A stretch of 63,365 bases of DNA, the filler included, from Folioceros fuciformis (taxonomy: Eukaryota): assembly GCA_049999805.1 (NCBI GenBank). It is 7 parts of 7 records of this genome, joined end to end, with 100 filler letters (N's around TTAATTAATTAA, not from the genome) between each part and the next. Parts side by side here need not be neighbours in the genome. Positions count along the whole stretch, not along the records: positions 1 to 20,942 come from JBNGIO010006073.1; 6 more parts are not named here. One strand, given 5' to 3'. This document shows, piece after piece, positions 1 to 13,302 of the stretch; positions within the stretch are counted from its first letter, which is position 1; the number at the start of each line of letters is the position of its first letter. The translations under genes were made by a program, and so were the position numbers. Below the pieces are notes generated by a model. It saw only the letters and a list, made by a program, of their open reading frames with translations, was not told where the DNA came from and did not search any database.

Positions 1-1
1 A

Positions 2-464
2 TATACAGATGCTGATTGGGCTGGTTGTGCGTATGACAGAAGATCAACCAGTGGATATGCATTCAGTCTGGGAAGTAGTATGATCAGTTGGCAAAGCAAG
101 AAACAACCGACAGTTGCTTTGTCAAGCACAGTAGCAGAGTATCGAGGAGCTACAATGGCAGCCTGTGAAGCAGCTTGGTTGCAGAAGTTGCTACATGATC
201 TTGGAAATATAGTGAACAACAAGGTTACAATCTACTGTGACAACATGAGTAGCATGAGGTTGGCTACTTATCCTGTGTTTCATGCTCGTTCGAAGCACAT
301 AGAAGTACAGTATCATTTCATCAGGGAAGCGGTATTATCTGAGAAGATAGATCTTCGGCACGTGAAGACCGAAGAACCAGGTAGCAAATATCTTTACTAA
401 GTCGCTAGGTAGAGATAAGTTCTTACACTTTTGTGAACTACTTGGAGTGTTACAAATAGTCTGA
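2..464 (+). mobile_element. Ty1-copia retrotransposon A, RNase H end of pol (frameshifted)
   Basis: Frame from nt 2 reads YTDADWAG...RSTSGY...[20 protein letters not shown]...IYCDN...[17 protein letters not shown]. After a frameshift near 377 it continues [15 protein letters not shown] to TGA at 462-464. Confidence 0.95.
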
Positions 465-477
465 GCTTGAGGGGGAG

Positions 478-738
478 TGTTAGAAATCAAGCTCTAACTG
501 AATTGTTATTAAGAGCATACAACACTTAGGATAGTGTAGATTATCCCATATTGAACTCGTAGTTATCTATCACCTAAGTGTTATCAGGATATATCAAGAT
601 ATACTAGGATATTGCACCCTCGAGACTAAGGCTTACCTTATCGAGGGTTGCCCCGCCTGAAGGCTATATATGTAGCATCCTGTGCACCATAAGTAAGGAA
701 CTGTGGAGTCCTTCTAGGCCTATGGTGCTATTTCAACA
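478..738 (+). repeat. 3' LTR of copia A, preceded by polypurine tract GAGGGGGAG (469-477)
   Basis: PPT immediately followed by TGTTAG...TTTCAACA, with a TATATA box near 665. LINE sequence resumes at 739, so the copia is inserted into LINE A ORF2. Confidence 0.85.
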
Positions 739-3700
739 GCTTGCTGCCTTAAGAGATGTCGTACCTTTTCCTCTAATCCCTCATGCAACCATGAAAAAAT
801 GAACCTAATGTACCGGGCCCCAATGCCAAAATCCCCTTTGACCTTCTCTACCTCCTTCCAGCGGGACTCGGCTCTATTCCATAAATGGCCAAGCTGGATA
901 ACGCCTTTTCGACAAGCCAGCCCGAAGATTTGTAACTGATATACCCTAGACCTGAAGTCCTGTACCCATAGTCTCGAAAAATCCTGCAAAGGGATACCAA
1001 GAACATCGTCCACATGGGAGAAGTTGCTAGGAAGAATATAGTGTTTGACCTCCAAGTAATTGCTCCAGATGGACTTAAAAAGCGGGGAGCATTCTGTAGT
1101 ATGAAGTAGCGGTTTGTTAGCCAGAATGTTGTCTATAGACCTCCTTCCCCTGGGCACAGCTTGGGTGCAATCCAAATGCTGTGTTAGAAGGCTCTTCCAA
1201 GGATAGTATGCCGGATCAGCTGCCCTGACAACCCATTGCGCATGCAAAACTTTCATCTTGGCACCCGAGTCTACCACCCCGAGACCCCGCACTTCACATG
1301 CCTGAATAGTATGTTGCCAAGACACTTTAGAACACCCAGCCATACTATCTCCCGAACGCTTGCACAGGAAAGAAGTCAGCACCTGTTGTACGCGCCTCAC
1401 CTCTGACTTAGAAGGGGCCCACAAAAACAAATAGTACCAAAGAGTTGCAGTAAGGATATGGTTGATCACCACCAACCTACTTGCCAAATTGAGCTCCAAC
1501 AATTGTAAACCAACTGCTTTGCAATTGAACCTGAGACAGACGTACTTCCCTATCTCCCCATTCTCATCCCCTTCTTGGAAAGGGAGTCCCAAATACTTGT
1601 GAGTAGACCCCAAGGTCACTCACCTAATGTGGTTAACACACTGAGGGGGCTCCCCCTCCATGTGTAGACACATCATGCGCGTCTTATTCTAATTCACCTT
1701 GCAGCCTGAAAGTTCACCAAAGACCTTGACCTGTTGGAGCAGTGCTTTTAATGAGGCCTCCTCTGCCGAGGAAAAGAGAAGAGTATCATCTGCAAATGCA
1801 GATACCCTTAGTTGTGTCCCATCTGGGTTCCGAATACCCACCACAGCTGGGTCTTGCTTGACTGCTCTGAGAAAGAAGTCAATGACGATAATAAATAAGA
1901 ACGGAGCAAGGGGGCAACCCTGACGTACCGATCGGGAGATTTCGAAACGCTCCATAAAAGAACCATTGACAACCACCTTGGCACTTGCGTCTTCACACAA
2001 AATGGCTACCCATCTATAAAAGATATTCCCGAAGCCGAAACTACGTAGGCATCGCCACAGGAAGTGCCACTCAACTCAGTCATAGGCCTTGTAGAAGTCA
2101 AGGGAAATGAAAACAACGGCTTTCTTCTGTACCTGTGCGTTGTACTTAGCCTCCCTCAGAAGAAGTAGGTTGTCCAGGATGCACCTATTTTGAATGAACC
2201 CTCTCTGTTCTTTCTCAATCCAATCATCAAGAAATGGAGTCATTCGGTTAGCCAGTGCCTTAGCAATCACCTTGTATGTGGTAGTGAGCAAGGTAATCGG
2301 GTGCCAATTGGAAATTGATAAACCGGTGTCTTGCTTAGGCAGCAGGGAGATAACCCCCATATTGAACCAACTCCCCATGCTACCCTCCTCCCAGAACGTA
2401 TTAACCCCTCCATGAATAGCAGTTGCATAAATTCCCACCCCCAGAGCAGGAATTCAGGGGGAATACCATCGTGCCCTGAGGATTTATCCCTTGGCATCCC
2501 CTTCAGGACCCGAAACACCTCATCGGCAGTTATCGGCTGATCTAGAGTCCTGCGTTGGTCTTCAGACACTTTGGCTGAAAACGCACCATATGTCAAAGAC
2601 CAAAGCCGTTCCCACCCTGCCATCTTCCCAACACTAGAGAAAATGCCAAATAAAGAAGAGGGTAATAAGGGATTTTAAAACTTCAAGCGACTCTTGCACC
2701 ACGCCATGCACGTCTGGGAGGGCCGGGATTCGCATCCTATGCCGGTTAGCGGCCAACTTGTCGAAGAAGAATTTAGAGGGGCCATCCCCCTTTCTTACCC
2801 ACTTAACTTTGGCCCGCTTAAACCATCCTCTTGCCCTGTCTTCTTCCAACTTAGCCAAGGCGCACTGCACCTCTGTTTTCTGGGCCTCTTCCACACTTGT
2901 GAAGTCCCGGCCCTCGCAGCTCCTTTGTAACCAACCCAGTTCTTCCCTCAAAAAACCTTCTTGCTGACGTTGTTCTCTTGCTCGTTGAACCCCCCTCCTC
3001 TGCAGATACCTAGTCGCTTCATTGTTAGCACGCATCAATTTGATCACGCATTCTCTTCTTCCTGTGCAACTCCTTGCCAGCTGTTTTTGATATCTTCAAA
3101 GACACCTTTCTCCTCCAGTAAGGAGGTGTTCGTCCGAAAATGTTGCATGCGCCTCCTTGGGTGCTCCGAACCAGGAGCGAGCCTCAAATGCAAGCTAATA
3201 GGGTGGTGATCAGAAAGTATCGTACCAGCAAGAATACTGTACAACTCAACGAAAGCCAACCACCCTGACGGTAGATAAAACGTGTCCAACATGCGCGCTC
3301 CCAGATTCTGGTGTTGTTGGTTGGACCAGCTGAACATCAAGGAATGTGGTTGGCGATGCGCCGGAAGGGCCACCCAAGGATCCTACACCGCTAAGATCGT
3401 ATCTCTCAGCTCCTGCCAAGACATAGGCACTGCTTGAACATCAACTGGGCTATCGCCACGAATGTCTTCACGGTGTTCAACAAAGTTGAAGTCGCCAGCC
3501 AAAAGCCACGGAATCTGCACATCAAGCTGCTCACCAAGCCTGCACCAGAGGGTATTCCTGTCAACAACAACATTAGGCGCATAAATATTGCAAATTCTAA
3601 CCAGACCTTGAGAAGTTTGCAGCACCAGCCACACAAACCTCCCATCCTCATCCTGCCCCGATTTCAGGATGTTATGAGTTTGCTCAGGGTGAACTGTAAT

Positions 3701-4008
3701 GGACACTCCTCCGCGGGTCGTTGAAACGCGTTGAAAGGTGATTTCACCCCCGCTTGTCTCTCCTGCTCTAGCAGCTGCCCAAACAATTCTCCCATGAAGA
3801 AAGATTTTCTTCACTTTCTAAATATGCTCCAATGACAATTTATGCTCTTGCAAGCAAACCACATCCCATGTGACTTCCTCTTCGAGCAAATTCTTTAGTC
3901 TTCTACATTCCACGCTGTCTTCGACCACCCCCCCAGCCCCCTAACATTCCAGGAAATGATCCGCAAATGGGACCCCCTCTCATAATTTGTCAAAGTGTCA
4001 ATACCCAT
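739..4008 (-). mobile_element. L1-type LINE A, ORF2 (APE endonuclease + reverse transcriptase), degenerate
   Basis: Motifs LRIISWNVRGLG, DVVCLQEHK, NIYAPN, GDFN, SDHHPI, SSGHDG, ISNWHPITLL, RQGCPLAP, FADDT, KYLGLP. Multiple stops and frameshifts. Confidence 0.95.
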
Positions 4009-4023
4009 TTAACGAGATTTGCT

Positions 4024-7000
4024 TCAAAGATTCCGGACAGCAGATGGCTTGGGCATCCTAGCCCCAGAGACTGGCTTAGGCCGAGTTGAATGGCCCTTAG
4101 CTTGGAACTCAAGGGACAATCTTTGAAGCGTTTCTGACTTGCGCACAACAGGAGCAGTCCTCAATTCCTGGCCATCTAAGGGCCCCTCACTCCCACCCAG
4201 TGCCGTGGATGGCTCCCAAAACCTGTCATTCGCCCAAGGTGTCTCCAAGGACCATCTTCACTCTGGAATAAGTGAAATACTGGGACCATAAACTTGTTTT
4301 AACCGGATGTCAGCAAAAAAATGACCTTCCTTTTGGTATATCCCACTAAAAGATTCCACATCCTTACCCTCCTTGCCTACAGGTACACCTCTGGCAAACA
4401 AGAAGTCAAATATCTTCTCCTGCCCTGCGTGCAGATGGGGCAGTGTGATGCTAAGGGGTAGTTGTTCCCCCCTATCTCCTATCACCACTAGAAAAGAATA
4501 AAGGTCCTGAACCTGTCTCATAACCGTTAGGTTGATCATAAAAGGTCTGCCTGTTCTCCTTGTTGTACCTTCCGCCTTCCTGAGCGCCTGACCACTTGGC
4601 AAACCTGATACCTCCTGCCCTGAAGGAGAGTATCCATCCTGCGCCACCTCAGCCCGTACCAAATCCTTTTCTAGGGAATTTAATGGAGAGGTGCATCCTT
4701 CATCCTCGGAGAAGACGGCCTGCACCTCATGCCAGACAGTGTCAGCGTCCTTGTCGTCTTCAACATAAGGGGTGGAGAATAAGTCATCCTCGGATGCGTA
4801 TACTGCATTATCTCTCAGGGTGGGATTGGTACAGTTTATGGGGCTAGTGCAAACCACCTTGGATTTTCTGAAACACACAGCACCACTTCCACCCATTCCA
4901 AACCCCCGTCCTGCTCCAAGGCTGTGCTGCCCGCGTATTGCCCATGGGGCGTTCCCCATCCCTGCAGAGGCTTTCCAGAGAGATCTATTGCCACCACTGG
5001 TCCCTTCCACGACCTTACTCTTTTTCCCTTCCGGGGAGGCGATATCCAAGGCCAGGCGTTGAACAACCTTGTTCAATGCCTTCCTTGCCTCGGCCACAGC
5101 TATCTGGTCTTGCCGCTGATTACCTAATAACAGATCTTCCGAGACACCAGTCCTCTTCCCCACACCCATCTTCATGCTCCTCCGTGCGCCTGTAGTGAAC
5201 ACAGACGTTGATACCACTTTCCAAGCATCGGGCCTGGAAGCTGTTCCGGCGCCTGGCCTTGTGGTTCCAACAGGGCCGAGGTCACCCCTGAGCCCGAGAG
5301 ACTGAGGACCCGGAACCGGCAAGTTGTGGAATGCCGGGTTCACCCACGTAGAAGCAGGCAACGGAGGCCCATGAGGCTCCTTGAGGGATTCCTTTCCCAC
5401 TTCCTCCCCAACTACTTGAGTGGAAAATACAGGGCCAATCCCCTGGATCAAGCTCGCAGGAGCCATCCTATCACCAAGCACATGAGGAGTCGATGCCATC
5501 TGCTCATCAAAAACCAGGGTGGATCCTTTATTAGACCTCGAGAGCGTATCTAAAATTACCTCAGTCCCTAAAACCATGAGCATCGATGGCGACCCAGTGA
5601 CCCGAATGGCTTCAAGATGGCCGCTACCCACCTCCGAACCCGATACTTGCTTATTGGCATAGTCTGCCTCCAGACAATGCACTTTAGCTGCCCCAAGCCT
5701 GGAAGGAGATTGCTCCTTCTTACCAATGGCATTCGTGGAAGCTACTAAATTCAGCTTCCTATCCTATGTTCACCCTGCTTGGTGGACTCCAACAATAGGG
5801 ATCGTCTGCACACCTAGCTCCTCCTGACCGACCCAGCCACATTCTAAGGCACTCCACCCCCCTCTCGTCATCCTCCCTAGCAACAGCGTCTGACTCAGGA
5901 CTTGCTAGAGCATTCGCGTGATGTGTGTTGTCGAGTAGCGAGCCCGCCGCCTCCCGAGAGCTATCTTCGTCTAGGGGAGTGGAAAAACCATCCTTCTTAT
6001 TTGTCTGTTAAGGATTCACAGCCGCCTCCTGGCCTTGGGATCCCTCTGCCCGATGGATCCCCACCACAACGACCTCGCTCTCCACAGGCCTCTCATCCCT
6101 CCCCTTCAGCGCAGTGGACGGTTTATGCATCACCTATCCACACCTTGAAACATCCGTCACCGGAGAAATCCTACAGTCTTGAAGTTACGTGTTGAATCTG
6201 TCCGATGTCTCGGGGGAATGGGGTTTTTGCCACACACCTGAAACACTCGCCAGGCTGCGCCTCCCAACCTCAGTGCTAGGATCCCAGACAGACCGCACCA
6301 CCGACTCTTCATCAACCTCCCCACCGGGCTGCAGGGGTGGGAGTACGAAGCTCGCTTCCAAGAGACCAAGGTGGTGTGAATTCGCGGCTAGGGTCTGTGC
6401 CAAGGATTCCTCCTGAGACGAGAGCTCCGACCCGTTTCCCACCTCCTGTGTCACCCTATTGCCACTTGCTTGAGCCAACCTTCCCTTTGCAACTGAATCA
6501 CCCCAACCACTTGTATCCTGCCTGCCCGTCTCCTCGAAACCCCCCATTAACAAATCTGTCGGGATTACCATTTGACAGTCTACAGCCGCCTCCCCAGAGA
6601 CTACCCCAACAAGGACCTTCTGGCAAGAAGCGGGTCCCCGAGTAGCCAAACTCCCTTTGCTTTCTTGGACATATTCAGCTTGGGGACTGCCAACACCGAG
6701 AGCCGACCACTCACTCACCTCACCCCGGCCTGGCTGTCAATGATCGGTCACAACACTCGGACACCTCACTAAAGTAGCTCCGTCTTCACCAGCAACCCCG
6801 GCGTGTTCACGATCACCCGACTTAAGGTTGCTACCAGCCCTCAGGACGTCCTCCACCCATTTCCATCTTGCACACGTGGCCAAGTCAGCACCATTCTTTT
6901 GAACCATGATGGAAAGCATAGACGGGTCTGCTTGCATCGGCACCAGGCTCCCCTCGACAGCCAGGATTTGGTCCAGGGAATTTTCTTGAGATAGACGTCC

Positions 7001-10000
7001 CGACTTGTTCCCCAATCCCGATGACACCCTACTGCCTTGTGTTTGCACCTCCCGATGGCCCTTTGCAACTGGATCAACCCAAACACCGTCTTCTTCTTGC
7101 CTGCCCGTCTCCTCAGAACCCACCTTTAACAAGGCTGCTGGTTGCTCCGCTTCACTGGCATGATCCATACTCGCCTCCCCAAGGGCTGACCCAAGGGATG
7201 TATTCTGGCAGGCAGCAAGCGCCCAAGAAACCGGTCCCTCTTCTCCATCTTGCACAAGTTCTACTTGAAAACTGCCATCACCGAGAGCCAACAGCGCTCT
7301 CGCCTCACTTCGGACTGGCTGACAACCTTCAATCGCCTCACTCGGGTGTCTCACCACAGCAGCCCATTCTTCGACAGCAACCCCAAAGTTCTCGTGATCA
7401 CCGATCATACAGCTGCTGCCAGCCCTCGGGGCGTCCTCCACCCAATCCCATCCTGCACCAGAGGCTACCTCGGCGCAAAGCCTCTGCGCCTTGAAGGAAA
7501 ACAGTGATGGTTCAGCTTGCACCGACACCAAGGCCTCCCCGACGGGCTGGGCCACCGCCTCGATAACATTCCTCATAGCCAAGACCTCAATCTCCCACTC
7601 CATCTCAGTGGGAGATTCTTGCGCCACCTTCCCAACTACCCCAATCTCCGGTTCTGGAGAACTCTCGCTGGCTTGTTGAAGTCGCCTACTAGGATGGTTT
7701 TCCATACTGTCCACACTTGCCTCGCGGCTAAATCCACCCTCCGTCTGCTCCTTAAGTGCGCTCCCCTCACCTCCCCTTGCCGACTTGGGGAGGAGCCCAA
7801 CGCCCACTGCTGGAAAGCCAGAGGGACGATCAGCTGGATCCAGCACCAGGGATCCTTCCAAGGTCCGATAGCCCACACAGCTCTCTGCTTCCACTGACCC
7901 CGGGAATCGTTGACCTGCCCCACCCTTATCTTTGCAAGCTTTTCAACCATCACCAACGCCTCCTCACCTGGCACAGTCGAAGAGGCACCGTCAAACTCCA
8001 GTCCTTGACAGGGAACTGAATCTCTGCCTATCCCTGTGTCCTGCTGCCGACTTGGGTTGTTCTGACGATCCTGACGCTCACCCTGTTGTGCCACCAACTC
8101 CCTCGTCTCCCTCCTACTCTCGTGCCCGGCAAGCGCACCTACCTCCAAGTCCTGATCCTCCCGTGCATCAAACACATGAGGGCCTGACCCGACAGTTCTC
8201 GTCGAGCTTGAACCTTCCTGTTTGCATACCTGTCTCCAGACCTGTTGCCCTGCACCCTTGCATGTAGCCAGGACACTCCCACCAACCAAAGGCTTGCCAG
8301 AGAGCACCGACCCTTCCTCCACCCCCTCAGGACCAGTGTCCAGAGCAGCTCCAGCGGAGCTTCCCGGAGTGGGAAGCTTATTGTAAGCGGTCAGCACTAC
8401 CTCTGAGGTGCTGAGTGGCTTGGTGGCATCAAACACTGCCTTCAAAGCTCTCCTTGCCGATGCACTCTCGAGGCATGCAGGTTGAAACCTGTGCAGCGAC
8501 TTGTCTGTACTCTTGGTTGCAACTTGGCTCTCTGGACTCCCGATTGCCACTTGTTCCTCTTGAGGAGGGTCGCATAGGATATTTGTTGGCGCCATCCCTG
8601 CTTTCCGGGTGTGCTCACCATTGTCAAGATCCACCTCCATAGGCACAGAGTCCTCTGCGAACATGTCTTCTGCCCATCTGAGCTCCTAGGTGCCTGGTAA
8701 TTTAAAACGAGATCGGGGCTGTGAGTAAGCCCAAGAACCCCAAATGAGCCTTGAAGACCACCCTAGATGCCAGTGTGACTCTGCCTTTGCCGAACTTCGC
8801 ATCTCTAATGTAGGCCAGCACTTGTGGCTCCCCCATCCATTGTGGCACACTATCGTCCCGAATTGTATACTCATCACCCAACTCAATCAGTGTGACCACA
8901 AACAAGATGGAAGAGGAGTCAACTAGTCGGTGGCACACCAGACTGTGCCTAGCTCCTCGCAGGACCTTGCTCACGGCTAGTTCACTATACCCCAGCCCCG
9001 CCTGCAGCATAACCTGAGACCTCATCTTAACAGTATCCTAAAAAACGGAAACCTGGTGCCCCGTCACGGCCCCAATTTGGAGGGCACGCGTAGGTAAGGG
9101 TCTGAATTCTCCCACCTTCGGCATCCAGTAGTAGAAAACCTTACCCACCTTCTTCCTCATAAGTACACACACTTTGATGTGCATGTTGGCTGCGTCCACA
9201 CTACCCGAGAAGAAACATTTCTGGATTCTACCTGCCCACTGCTGCGTTCCGGGGTTGGACCTCCAAGGTTTCTTGAACACACCTTGAAAGCCTGGTAGTG
9301 GACCCGGAAGGGCCTTCTCCGATTTGTCCCCTCCATTGCCAAACCTACCACGGAGAGGACAAGTCTGCTTAAGGTGGCTCTTCAAGCCACAAACACCGCA
9401 CCTGACAAGCAGATCCAGATAGTCAAAAAGTTGCGTAAAACAACAAGCTGGGTCCTTCGGATCTCGAATGATGACACCTTCAGGCAGATCCAGGAGGCTG
9501 TCCACCCTCACTCTACAACGCGGGGGCTTGTTGCTATCAAAAAAGTGCGAATCCACCTTGGGAATCTCCACCACTCGGCCTATAGTCCCCAGGATCTTGC
9601 GTAACATTGGAATGAGCTGCACAGGAAGAGCAGGAAGCCCCACCCAGAGGAATTGCCTCTTGATTGTCGACTGCATAATGGTGTTCCCTGGGGACTAGGC
9701 TTCCACCAGCAACGAAATGGAATCTCAAAGAGGCAGCATTGTGTTTAAGATTGCTTGTGCTCTCGCTACCTCATCACACTTGATTTGAAAGGAACCATCT
9801 ACTTTCAGGAACACATATGCTGGTGGGCATCGCGAGACTTGAGTCACCCAACTTTCTAGCTCCTCCACGGAAGGAGGGCCGCCGGACAACAACTGCCCCA
9901 CAACAGATTTGGCGGCGAGATTGTCTTCTTCCTATTGAAAATACCTCGCTTCAGTGATAAACTCCGCAAGGGGGCCCAGTTGAAGGCCTGGCCCCTCTTT

Positions 10001-10786
10001 TGCCGAAACCAAGGCAGATGCTTGAGATGTGTTTGCCTATGCCTGTACATGAACATGGTCCTCCACTATTGTCCGTACCNNNNNNNNNNNNNNNNNNNNN
10101 NNNNNNNNNNNNNNNNNNNNNNNNNNNNNNNNNNNNNNNNNNNNNNNNNNNNNNNNNNNNNNNNNNNNNNNNNNNNNNNTCCCCAGGGACCAGGCTTCCA
10201 CCAGCACCGGAATGGAATCTCGAAGAGGCAACATTGTGTTTAAGATTGCTTGTGCTCCCGCTACCTCGTCACACTTGATTTGAAAGGAACCATCTGCTTT
10301 CAGGAACAAATATGTTGGCGGGCATCCCGAGACTTGAGTCACCCAACTTTCCAGCTCCTCCACGGAAGGAGGGCTGCCGGACAACAACCGCCCCACAACA
10401 GATCTGGTGGCGAGATTGTCTTCTTCCTGTTGAAAATACCTCGCTTCAGTGACAAACTCCACAAGGGGGCCCTGTTGAAGGCCTAGCCCCTCTTTTGTCG
10501 AAACCGAGGCAGACGCTTGCGATGTGTTCGCCTGTGCCTGTACATGAACATGGTCCTCCACTATTGTTCGTACCTGAGAGTTGGTTTCAGCTTCAGCTTT
10601 CGTCCAGCTAATGTCAGATGGATTAGGGTCCCTTCCCCCTACGTTTAGCCTCCTCGCACTCTGTTTACTAGGACACATACTGACCACGGCTACCCATGTG
10701 CCACCTGTTGAGCCCCCCGTGGGGGGCTCATCGCTGCCATTGAGACCCCAAGCTAGGCCGTTGCCAGCATCGCCTTGAGACCCCAC
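4024..10786 (-). mobile_element. L1-type LINE A, ORF1 region (RRM/DUF4283-like domain, CCHC zinc knuckle, long extension), degenerate
   Basis: RSVVGRLL...WSLG RRM-like segment, LWVGLPALP, and CGVCGLKSHLKQTC (CX2CX4HX4C), followed by consecutive minus-strand ORFs running down to the ORF2 start. Confidence 0.8.
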
Positions 10787-10817
10787 GTTTCTCCAAGACC
10801 TTGATAAGTCTATTGTA

Positions 10818-11167
10818 GTTCATAAGGTTGACATAGTGTGCAACTTTGAATCTCAGTTCTGAGGCGTATATAGATCAAAAAGCTGTTACAAGCACATGCT
10901 CCTATAGATCTAGTTGAGACAAACATAATGATATGTTTCAAGTTTGTAGTTGACAAGTAGTTTTGGACTGAACATTATTCAAAGTTTCAAACATTTGGTT
11001 CACAAGGTTAACATAGTGTGCAACTTCGAATCTCAGTTCCGAGGTGAATACAGATCAGAAAGCCTTTTTAAGCACATGCTCCTGTAGAGATTGTTAAGAC
11101 GAATAGAATGGTATGTTTCAAGTTTGAAGTTGACAAGTATTTTTGGACTAAACATTATTCAAAGTTT
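10818..11167. repeat. Two diverged copies of a 180-bp tandem repeat
   Basis: cataaggttgacatagtgtgcaac... at 10821 recurs as cacaaggttaacatagtgtgcaac... at 11001. Confidence 0.85.
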
Positions 11168-11236
11168 GCACACTATCATTGCAATGTGGGATAGAACAAC
11201 TATGAAAACCACTAGATGATAACTGAAACGAAATCT

Positions 11237-12584
11237 CTACACACTCAAAAACGACTTCAAGACATCTATCGTGGCTTGACCCAAAGGATCCCCTAGTTGG
11301 CGTTCCATGCTTGTTCTTTGTTGGGGATGCCCATATTCTCGAACAAGGTACTCCTCTCGGAGCTCACCTTTATCAATACCAATGTTATGTAAGATGCAAC
11401 ACGCATATGTCAGTTCAGCAAGGTACTTCATGTTGGATCTCCACGCTTTCCTTGCCAAAATGACCCGTTAGATTTCCGAAAGCTCGCTCAACTACCATGC
11501 GAGTAGAAGAGTGTTTGTAATTATAGTTGTCATCAACAGCAGACAGACCTGATCCAAGTATGGGCACAAGTAGCCATGGCAAAAGAGGATACCCAGCATC
11601 TCCCAATATGTATTTTCCTACCTCATATTCTAATACCCTTTCCTTAGGGCCATGTAACTAAGTTCCTTCAACTGCAGCTCTATAGAACTCTGAATTCACC
11701 AAGATTCTAGTATCATTAGCCTTGCCTAGCCACTTTGTAACCACATCAAGAAACCATTTATCTGGGCCAACAATGGCTTGCATAGCCATAGAGAGACGTT
11801 TGTGGCCATACTAAGTGAATTTCTGTTGGCCCATGGGCTGCTCAATATTGAAATGAGTGGCATCTATGACTCCCAAACAATTGAGGAAACCATGTTGATC
11901 TCGGAATTGACTCTTGATCGCTTTTTGTTGGGCCACATTTGGCCAAGTAAGATGATGTCCACCAGATTTTAATAAAGCACATATAAAGTGACGACAACAG
12001 TTGAAGGTTGTGGTAGTTCCCACACCAAATTGTTCTTGAAGGCTCTTATAAGAATCCCCTGATGCCAATCTACGTAGAGCAATTGCCACTTGCTTGCGGA
12101 CTGAAAAAATTCATCTAGCGATCTCCGAGAATCTTGGCACAATTGTGGATTGAAAGTCATTGTGGACAAGACCGCAAACATATTGAAACGTAGCATGCAA
12201 AAACCTGGTGAAGTTTTTAAAACAACTATGATCATCGAGAATAACATAGCGTTTGTAGATGTCCCAACAACCTGGTGCTCGTGGTTTAATGTACCACCAG
12301 AAGCTTTGTTGTAGGTCTACCAAACGTTTTGGGGTCCATTTTGCTAGAGCAAGCATAGAAAGTAGAAGACCCTTGATGGATCTTGTCATAAGCAAGATGT
12401 GCGCCACCATAGTGTCTCCTTGATCGTGGAGGCCAAGAACTTCATTCGGAGAAACAGAATCCAACTGACTTTGAAAAAGAGCCAATCCCTGCCTGGCGAT
12501 GTCGAGGGCATCCCGTAGTCCAGCACTCATTGTCATAATACCAAGTACAACCTCCAAGTCCATCACCTTAAAGAATCTAGCCAA
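11237..12584 (-). mobile_element. PIF/Harbinger (HARBI1-like, DDE_Tnp_4) transposase, degenerate
   Basis: KQVAIALRRLASGDSY...FGVG (HTH), CLGVIDATH, GDAGYPLLPWLLVP, HSSTRMVVERAFG, ACCILHNI. Frameshifted. Confidence 0.92.
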
Positions 12585-12890
12585 GCTGACAAAAGATGCA
12601 CATCAACACAAGGAATCGCACACAAACAGGAGTGCATAGATGAACAGAGCAATATCGCATGAGCACACATATGAGTGCAAGAAGAAGATGAATACACATA
12701 TGTAGAAAATATGGATTCAAACTGTATAATATATATATTTGTACATACGTGCCACGATGACGGTCATCTCGGATCGATAAAATCCTTCTCGTTTCTAAAT
12801 ATAGATTCATCTTTTATCAACCGGTTCACATAGAAAACGACAAACGCCCGGTCGTCAAGTTAGTCATTTGGTCAAAACCGGCCCGGGGCT

Positions 12891-12913
12891 GGGCTCATGG
12901 AAACTGGCCCTTA
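12891..12913 (-). repeat. Probable Harbinger terminal inverted repeat with TTA target site
   Basis: Minus strand begins GGGCCAGTTTCCATG at 12910 and is flanked by TTA (12911-12913), matching PIF-type termini. The other end was not found. Confidence 0.6.
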
Positions 12914-13302
12914 GCCCTCCTTCTCTGGACACAAAATACAATACTTTGCCTTAAGTCGTACCTGTACCTGGCTTCTACACGAGTGAACACATCTTCCATA
13001 GTCCGTGTGCCGGCCTCTAGGGTAGACCATGGAGATCACCTACGAAGGTTCGAGGATAGATCCAAACAAAACACGTAATCCCTGCAGTTCAGATGCAGAC
13101 CAGGAAGAGGTATCTCCGGGACTCGAGTCACCGAGGCGCTTGCGTGGAAATGCAAAGGCATGCGAAAGCGGACCTCAGCTCAAAAGAAGAGCATGGGAAC
13201 TGCTTCCAGAACTATATATGTCTAGCGTTTCTACATTTCCTCTCGACTGCACACTGACTGCCTCTGGAGCTGGCGCAGCTTCGTGGAGGATGGATACTTC
13301 TC

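Noticed and set aside
10818-11167. 180-bp repeat as centromeric satellite
   Set aside because: Only two diverged copies, located downstream of the Harbinger transposase; unit length alone is not evidence.
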